Positions 57,930-64,000 of a stretch of 64,000 nucleotides of DNA are shown in pieces. Below the pieces are notes generated by a model. It saw only the letters and a program-made list of their open reading frames with translations, was not told the DNA's origin and searched no databases. Made by a program: the position numbers and the translations under genes. Position 1 is the stretch's first letter. The number at the start of each line of letters is the position of its first letter. This DNA comes from Hyphomicrobiales bacterium (GTDB lineage: Bacteria; Bacteroidota; Bacteroidia; Bacteroidales; JBGRPZ01), in the NCBI GenBank assembly GCA_041725915.1, contig JBGRPZ010000001.1, positions 2,198 to 66,197 of the forward strand, written 5' to 3'.

Positions 57930-58895
57930 TTATTTTATGGCTATACCTTCAACTGGTATTCTTCTTTTTTCTTGTTTTATTTCTTTCAATGATTTCCCCA
58001 CTCTTATGATTAGCTGAATTTGTTTTTTGAGTTTTAGCTGTTTCTTCAAGCTCTTATTATGATGAGACTGTTCTACAGCATAACTTACTGGATGAATAGC
58101 AATTTGCAACTTAGTACACTCTATCCACAGTTTTTGCAATAACCTTCCTGTATCTATAAGTGAAGAGATACTTTGCTCTGTTGAAGTAATTATAAAGAAT
58201 CCAGAACATGAGTTAAGTTGTTTTTTCAACCCTTTTACAGAGCCTTTATAGAAGCTACTTTTAGTGACTTGGCTCTTATTCATAAACATATTGAACAGAA
58301 AATGATTGATTTTGCTCATTCCTATTGTTAAAGGAGATAAACCCACGTTTTTATGCTTCTCTTCTTCAGAAGAAAATGTCATCCATTCGGCAAGCTCTTT
58401 TAATATCCCCTCATCTTTCATTTGCTCTTTAAATGCATCAAATGTATGCTTAGCAATAAAATTACATTCTTCTGATTTCATTGGATAATACCTAATGTCA
58501 TCTGAAAGATTTATAGTATCATTTATATGTGAAGAAGAGAGAGCTTCTTGTAAATAAGGTTTTCTGTTAGTGTGTCTTTCTTTTATGATCTGGAGAATGC
58601 TTTTATCAGATTTATCTGATGCTAAAAAATGAAGATGAATCCTGCTGCTTATCACTTTAACTTTAGTATCAAAGCCTTTACCTGTTGCTGCTAGAACACA
58701 ATTTTCGACAAAAGCTCCTAACGATATCCATGACTCTCGATTATATGGGTCGACTTTTGGTAAAGTCCTGTTATAATTTAAAGTGATTACTATATGTTGG
58801 TTATTGACTATATTGACACTCCACATTTGTGCATTATGACTACTAGGAGCTAATATGGCATATGATAGTATATCTAATAATTGTTGGTCGGACAT
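57930..58895 (-). CDS. Nitroreductase-family FMN oxidoreductase (large two-lobed, Acg-like type)
   Basis: 321 aa. N-terminal AILAPSSHNAQMW block, typical of the nitroreductase fold. Confidence 0.7.
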   Translation of the reverse strand: MSDQQLLDILSYAILAPSSHNAQMWSVNIVNNQHIVITLNYNRTLPKVDPYNRESWISLGAFVENCVLAATGKGFDTKVKVISSRIHLHFLASDKSDKSILQIIKERHTNRKPYLQEALSSSHINDTINLSDDIRYYPMKSEECNFIAKHTFDAFKEQMKDEGILKELAEWMTFSSEEEKHKNVGLSPLTIGMSKINHFLFNMFMNKSQVTKSSFYKGSVKGLKKQLNSCSGFFIITSTEQSISSLIDTGRLLQKLWIECTKLQIAIHPVSYAVEQSHHNKSLKKQLKLKKQIQLIIRVGKSLKEIKQEKRRIPVEGIAIK

Positions 58896-58944
58896 GGATG
58901 AAAAGATGAATTAAAGAACATTGAATTTATATTAAAGTTGACAA

Positions 58945-58967
58945 CTCCCTTTGATAAATCAAGGGAG
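58945..58967. repeat. Subterminal hairpin just beyond the TnpB remnant (possible IS605-family right-end/guide-RNA scaffold relic)
   Basis: CTCCCTT(T)GA-TAAA-TCAAGGGAG imperfect hairpin, 10 nt downstream (minus strand) of the remnant's stop codon. Confidence 0.4.
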
Positions 58968-58976
58968 ATTCTTAGC

Positions 58977-59275
58977 TTACGCACAAGCTACTGCTTCACA
59001 TTTACGACTACTAGCAACTGCCTTTGCCAGAATACTTCTTGCTTCATTAACATCAGCATTTAGCTCAAAGCAATACTTCTATTCTCTTTAGCCTTGTATC
59101 CACAAGAAGAGCAAGTTTGAGAGGTATTATCTACCTTCATATGTCCATTTAGCTTTATACTCTAGCTTTTCTACAAACATGGATGATGTTGTATCTAAAG
59201 CATGGTTATAGACAAAACGATAAGACCTTAACCAACTACTAATCTCTGCTTTTGACAAGAAGATAGACTCCTTAA
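58977..59275 (-). pseudogene. tnpB: Decayed, internally deleted TnpB (IS200/IS605-family RNA-guided nuclease) remnant
   Basis: The minus-strand translation is spread over shifted frames. It gives an N-terminal-like LSKAEISSWLRSYRFVYNHAL joined directly to C-terminal-like FVEKLEYKAKW. This is followed by VDNTSQTCSSCGYKAKE (zinc-finger CxxC) and ELNADVNEARSILAKA (RuvC-III D..NAA.NIL type). Stops and frameshifts lie between the segments. Confidence 0.65.
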
Positions 59276-59621
59276 TTTATTTGTATATCTTGATCGCTTT
59301 CATAATTATGAATATACAAAAAATATACTAGATTGAATCTATTAGTTATAGATCAGAATCTGCAATCAAAAAGTATATTGAAAATCAAAAGAAGGTCTGT
59401 TCTAATGAGCCATTTGGCTTGAAAAAATCATCTCTCCTATATGTAAATACGAAGGTTTTCTTTTCTTCATAAATATCATATTGAATATACTCTTATATAA
59501 ATATATATCACAGATAAAGGAGATAAATAAAAAAGAGAAAGCACACAGGGCAAGTTTAATAAACCATTAAAGGCTTGCTTGAGCTAAAAAACATTATAGA
59601 ATAAAAGGAATTATCAGATAC

Positions 59622-59645
59622 AAAAAAGGCCCGAAATATCGGGCC
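59622..59645 (-). terminator. Rho-independent terminator after hsp20
   Basis: GGCCCGA-AATA-TCGGGCC hairpin followed on the minus strand by T6. Confidence 0.8.
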
Positions 59646-59675
59646 CCAATCCATTATTAACCAAAAATTAAGCCA

Positions 59676-60107
59676 TTATGAAATAAAAATTTGCCTTGTT
59701 TGTTTCATTTCAGTCTCTTTATTCTTAGGCAAAAAGATTTTCAATAAACCATCCTCTATAATAGCATTGATAGCTTTGAGGTTTATAGATTCTGGCAATT
59801 GTAAAGAGCGACTGAAAGCTTGTTTAGAAAACTGTACTTTTCTGCAAATTATTGTTTCTTTTGAATTTTTTTTATCTTTTTCTTCTTTCGAACTGATCTT
59901 AAGTATCTTTTGATCAAGATTTATTTCTATTTCACTCTTCTTATAGCCTGGAATAGCCAATTCCAAACGAAACTCCTCTTTGTTTTCATAGATATTCATG
60001 GGAGGTTGATGCCCTTTCAAACTTAACTTTCTATCTATATTAGTGAAACAATTGCTACTTATATTTGAATTCGGATTGTGATAATATCTTATATAATTCA
60101 TGGTCAT
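59676..60107 (-). CDS. Hsp20/alpha-crystallin family small heat-shock protein
   Basis: 143 aa. Alpha-crystallin domain blocks FRLELAIPGYKKSEIEINLDQKILKIS and F.RSLQLPESINLKAINAIIEDGLLKIFLPK. Confidence 0.85.
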   Translation of the reverse strand: MTMNYIRYYHNPNSNISSNCFTNIDRKLSLKGHQPPMNIYENKEEFRLELAIPGYKKSEIEINLDQKILKISSKEEKDKKNSKETIICRKVQFSKQAFSRSLQLPESINLKAINAIIEDGLLKIFLPKNKETEMKQTRQIFIS

Positions 60108-60506
60108 TATTTTTAATGTTCTTCATAATAAGACGTATCAAATAATAGACCAAGTAATTTTCTGGGCTTCATTATGTCTTTTTGGCATTAAGCAAGTAAC
60201 AACCATGAAATTATGTCGCAATCATCATTGTGAAATGATTCAAAAGCTATAATTCCTATAATAGATATAACATATCCTTAATCATCAACTTTCCTAAAGC
60301 CTCTTAAGGATTAAACTACAACTAATATATAAGGTTATCATTCCTTTATTTCCATCTTAAGCCATTTCAAAATAAAATACTCGTTTTTTCTTCATTTCAT
60401 GCAATCATTAACTTAAAGATCAAAAGCCTAAAATCTGCTTTCCTCTGTATTTTTGCATGTTTTTCCTAATCTACATAAATACCTTGTAATCAATATTTTT
60501 TAGATA

Positions 60507-60536
60507 TGTAGTAACAAGATATATCTTGTTACTACA
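60507..60536. repeat. Perfect 30-bp palindrome TGTAGTAACAAGATA|TATCTTGTTACTACA
   Basis: The two 15-nt halves are exactly complementary. Confidence 0.95.
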
Positions 60537-60583
60537 GCATGTTTTGTTGATAATCAAGCTCAAAAGTTAAGCGAATGAATCTT

Positions 60584-60820
60584 TTAAGCCTACTGACTAA
60601 AGGTAAAAACTAGGAACTAAATTTCGTAGGTCTACTGATTAAAGGTAAAAGTCTAGGAACTAAATCTCGTAGGTCTACTTACAGAATCTTGTAGGTCTAC
60701 TTACAGAATCTTGTAGGTCTACTAACTAAAGGTAAAAGTCTAGGAACTAAATTTCGTAGGTCTACTAACCTAATTCAAAAAGCTTCAAGGTAAATTTCGT
60801 AGGCTTGAAGGTTAATTTTA
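60584..60820. repeat. Tandem repeat array (units of 43, 43, 22, 22, 43, 43 bp plus partial units), core GTAGGTCTAC
   Basis: Core at 60626, 60669, 60691, 60713 and 60756. Degenerate copies at 60584 and 60799. The two 22-bp units GTAGGTCTACTTACAGAATCTT are identical. The 43-bp units are close to twice the 22-bp period. Confidence 0.9.
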
Positions 60821-61395
60821 TAGTTCAGTTAGTTGTGTATTGTAAATCAATTAATTAACTCCTTTAGATCAATTAAGCTTTTCATTTTCTCAGGAAACAG
60901 ATCTTTTTAGAGTCATATATAATCGAAATCTGAAGCTTTTTCTATTTAACATAACATTGGGCTTATATGTGCGATAATCTACAATTTTAAAATTGAAAGC
61001 CGAATTATCGCACTATACAGCAGTTAAAAATAAGTGATAAAGCTTATAAATAAGAAAATACAAGGATTTGAAGCAAAAGCATTCCTAGCCTAAATCTTCA
61101 ATAATAAGTAGATTGTTAAGACGAGTTAACCCTAAAGGTAAATTATAAATATAAAAAGAGGTGAAGAATAACTTTTTCAAAAAAATAGTTTTTTGAGCTA
61201 CTTTGATTAAACATCGATAATAAATGAAACAATTTTATCATCAAAGGCGAACAAAGTTGTCATTTTACTGATTTAAAAGTTAGACTAAAAGACATTCAAG
61301 GTTAATGAATAAATTATATTAGTTTATGGGTAGAGCAATTTTTATTGAGGATTTGAAATTTATATTAAATAGATTCGTTTTCTGAGTTGTTTATT

Positions 61396-62454
61396 ATGGA
61401 AAAGAATACAGATACACCAAAAGCTTTAAAATCACTTAAACCAAGTAAAGTGATTTATCCAATAATTATTGGACTTGCCGTTTCTACCTACTTATTAATT
61501 GATCAGGTTAATGTTGATACATTTAGTTTTTTTCAGTGGACAACAAATGCAGTTATATTTCTTATTATAGCGGTATTGATGATGCTTGTCAGGGATATAT
61601 CATATATGTATCGAGTGAGAGTATTGACAGATAATAAGATTAGTTGGAGAAAGGCTTTTGATGTTATCATGTTATGGGAATTTAGTTCAGCAGTATCACC
61701 TTCAGTAGTCGGGGGCACAGCTCCTGCAATATACTTCTTTTATAAGGAGGGATTGAATGGAGGGAAGAGTACAGCTGTAGTTTTAACAGCAATTTTTCTT
61801 GATGAACTATTCTTTATATTATTGATTCCTTTCTTATATTTAGTAGCAGGGAGTAGTATCTTCCCCACACAAGAAGGCTTAATTATGAGTAATATATCCA
61901 CATATTTTATTATAGGATATATAGTAATCCTCATATATACTATCTTTTTGGCTTATGCACTTTTTATTAATCCACATACATTTAAAAGCTTTCTTTCCTG
62001 GATTTTCTTATTTCCTTTAATAAGAAGATGGAGAATGAATATTCGTAAATCAGCAAACCAACTGATTACTACTTCAGCACAGTTAAAAGGAAAAGGGTTT
62101 TGGTATTGGTTTAAAGCTTTTGTTTCTACTGGATTTAGTTGGACAGGAAGATATTTAGTTGTTAATTTCCTTTTTATGGCCTTCTTTTCTTCAAGCTTAG
62201 GTTGGACAGAAAATTTTCTTATGTATGCCAGACAACTTACAATGTGGATTATCTTGTTAGTAAGTCCTACACCGGGAGGATCAGGTATTGCAGAGATATT
62301 CTTTTCAGACTTCTTAGGCGATTTCATACCCAATATTGCTTGGGCAATTCCTTTAGCCTTGTTATGGCGTTTAATTTCTTATTATCCATATCTATTTATA
62401 GGATCAATTATTTTACCTAGATGGGTAAAACGTGTTTACACAAAAAAACAATAA
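61396..62454 (+). CDS. UPF0104 / lysylphosphatidylglycerol-synthase TM-region-like (flippase-like) membrane protein
   Basis: The track ORF starts at a TTG (61387); the ATG at 61396 gives MEKNTD. About 8 TM segments and the family-typical PTPGGSGIAE block. Confidence 0.7.
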   Translation: MEKNTDTPKALKSLKPSKVIYPIIIGLAVSTYLLIDQVNVDTFSFFQWTTNAVIFLIIAVLMMLVRDISYMYRVRVLTDNKISWRKAFDVIMLWEFSSAVSPSVVGGTAPAIYFFYKEGLNGGKSTAVVLTAIFLDELFFILLIPFLYLVAGSSIFPTQEGLIMSNISTYFIIGYIVILIYTIFLAYALFINPHTFKSFLSWIFLFPLIRRWRMNIRKSANQLITTSAQLKGKGFWYWFKAFVSTGFSWTGRYLVVNFLFMAFFSSSLGWTENFLMYARQLTMWIILLVSPTPGGSGIAEIFFSDFLGDFIPNIAWAIPLALLWRLISYYPYLFIGSIILPRWVKRVYTKKQ

Positions 62455-62779
62455 GATGAATTTATGGATATGGGTATCTATAAAAAGACTTTAATTTTAT
62501 TTACTGGAATTGAGAGACTATAATTAGATTAAAAATGACACAAACTAGAAGAAGTATCAAGGGGAGAAATCTAATCTGAATTTTCTAAATACCAAAATAT
62601 AAATTAGATAAAATGTGAAGTTTTTTTCCTGTTTTTATCAAGGATAATCGATATTACCTGTATAACAGTCTGTTAATTGAATATTTGTTTTTAGATTTAT
62701 TTTTAAAATAATTTTCAATCTTAGTTTTTCATTTGTATTTTTGTCCACTAAAAAAAATCGGGATTAAAATAAACAAGAT

Positions 62780-64000
62780 ATGGCTGTAATTGGAAAAATT
62801 AGAAAGCAATCAACTCTACTACTAGTTTTCATTGGGTTGGCTTTAGCGGCATTTATCGTGGGAGATTTCATTAAAAGAAGCCCACGAAGGCAAAATGATA
62901 TTGGAGAAATAGCAGGAGAAACTATCTCCTTAGGAGAGTTTAGTCAAAAGTTAGAGCAGAATATTAGCTATACAAAAGCTCAACAAAGAAAAAATAGCCT
63001 GACATCTCAAGAGAGATTCAGAGTAGTAGACAGAACATGGAATGATTTTGTAAGACAAATCATCATGGGTAAAGAATATGAAGCTGTAGGGCTTTATGTT
63101 TCTACTGAAGAATTAAACGATATGACAATAGGAGATCATCCACATCCTGCTATTGTTAGTAACTTCTCTGATCCAAATACTGGTAAATTTGATAAAGAAT
63201 TAGTGAAGAATTTCCTTATGAACTTTGATCAGCTACCAGCTGAACAAAGAAATCAATGGAGACAATTTGAAAAAGGTTTAAAAGAAGATCGTCTTAACAA
63301 CAAATTTAATACTCTTATTGCTAAAGGATTCTATGTTCCTAATGCTATTGCAAAAAAGCAATATGAAGATGAAAATACTAAAGCTACAGTAAAATATGTA
63401 GCAAAGAAATACTCTACAGTTGCTGATTCACTTGTAAGTCCTACTGAAGCTGATTATAAGAAATATTATGAGCCTCGTAAGTTGCTTTATAAGCAAGATG
63501 CTAACAGAGACATCGAATATGTTGTTTATGATGTGAAGCCTTCTGCTGAAGATAAAGATAGACTTGACAAAGAAATGAATGAGATCTTCGAAGATCTTAA
63601 AGGTATCGAATTAGCTAATGTTCCTGCCTTTATCAATACTGTTTCTGATAGTAGATACGATAGTACTTGGAAAAAGGCAGATCAACTACCTTTCCAGATT
63701 GACACTTTAAAAACTGCTACTCCTGGATCTATTGTAAAGCCTTATTTCAATAATGGAGCTTATTATTTAGCTGAGCTTGTTGCTAAAAGCAATAGATCTG
63801 ATTCTTTAAAAGCTAATCATATTCTTATTTCTTATCAAGGTTTAAGAACTGCTGATACTTCTATTCACAGAACTAAAGAAGAAGCTAAAATGTTAGCTGA
63901 TAGTCTTCTTGCTGTAGCTAAGAAGAGCCCAAAGAAATTCAACAAACTTGCTAGTCAGTTCTCTGATGATCCTTCTGCAAAACAGAATAATGGTGACTTA
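62780..64000 (+). CDS. PpiD/SurA-like periplasmic peptidyl-prolyl isomerase chaperone (3' end runs off the window)
   Basis: Not in the track because it is open to the window end. ATG at 62780 gives MAVIGKIRKQSTLLLVFIGLALAAFIVGDF (PpiD-type N-terminal anchor). A parvulin domain begins near KANHILISYQG. Confidence 0.8.
   Translation, partial: MAVIGKIRKQSTLLLVFIGLALAAFIVGDFIKRSPRRQNDIGEIAGETISLGEFSQKLEQNISYTKAQQRKNSLTSQERFRVVDRTWNDFVRQIIMGKEYEAVGLYVSTEELNDMTIGDHPHPAIVSNFSDPNTGKFDKELVKNFLMNFDQLPAEQRNQWRQFEKGLKEDRLNNKFNTLIAKGFYVPNAIAKKQYEDENTKATVKYVAKKYSTVADSLVSPTEADYKKYYEPRKLLYKQDANRDIEYVVYDVKPSAEDKDRLDKEMNEIFEDLKGIELANVPAFINTVSDSRYDSTWKKADQLPFQIDTLKTATPGSIVKPYFNNGAYYLAELVAKSNRSDSLKANHILISYQGLRTADTSIHRTKEEAKMLADSLLAVAKKSPKKFNKLASQFSDDPSAKQNNGDL

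Noticed and set aside
60584-60820. Possible CRISPR array
   Set aside because: The conserved core is only about 11 nt. The intervening segments are themselves repeated (identical 22-bp units and near-identical 43-bp units). There is no leader-plus-cas context in the window.
60969-61013. 10-bp inverted repeat GTGCGATAAT...ATTATCGCAC with a 25-nt spacer
   Set aside because: It is real in the sequence but isolated. It has no T-run, flanking promoter or partner motif, so I could not assign a role.

Overview
The window is AT-rich chromosomal DNA (about one third GC by eye) and is almost certainly from a Bacteroidota genome. Support for that placement: T9SS-type C-terminal domains, a PorV/PorQ-like barrel, a CarboxypepD_reg-type TonB-dependent receptor, an HU-HIG/DUF4469-like protein, and TTTG-N19-TAnnTTTG promoters.

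I call about 47 protein genes, one tRNA (CAU anticodon) and one decayed TnpB pseudogene. All family calls come from motif recognition by eye; no database search was run.

Housekeeping genes: greA, tyrS, ansA, dus, tatD, HIT, flavodoxin, hsp20, an exbB-exbD-exbD cluster and a ppiD-like gene.

Accessory modules:
- Three MacB/FtsX-type permease paralogs plus one ABC ATPase. These sit behind sigma-54-type promoters with a shared TGTTTC-N5-GAAACA upstream dyad.
- An active-site-intact C39-peptidase ABC exporter with an HlyD partner, but no visible double-glycine substrate gene.
- A protease-rich block: S41 peptidase, an extended rhomboid and a C69 dipeptidase.
- A tight three-gene outer-membrane operon. 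It encodes a 1227-aa TonB-dependent receptor, a 1440-aa secreted protein of unknown function with a T9SS-CTD-like tail, and a PorV/PorQ-like barrel. This is my best candidate for an uncharacterised system.
- A TPR histidine kinase and LuxR regulator followed by two tandem paralogous lipoproteins of unknown function.
- An ECF sigma/anti-sigma pair.

At the DNA level the most unusual signal is three separate intergenic arrays of degenerate direct repeats. All are phased at 22-23 bp but have different cores (36.75 kb, 52.65 kb, 60.6 kb). One lies next to the HU-like gene, and its core reappears as the arms of a perfect 30-bp palindrome at 60.5 kb.

A small terminator-ended sRNA candidate with a consensus Bacteroidota promoter sits at 36.45 kb.
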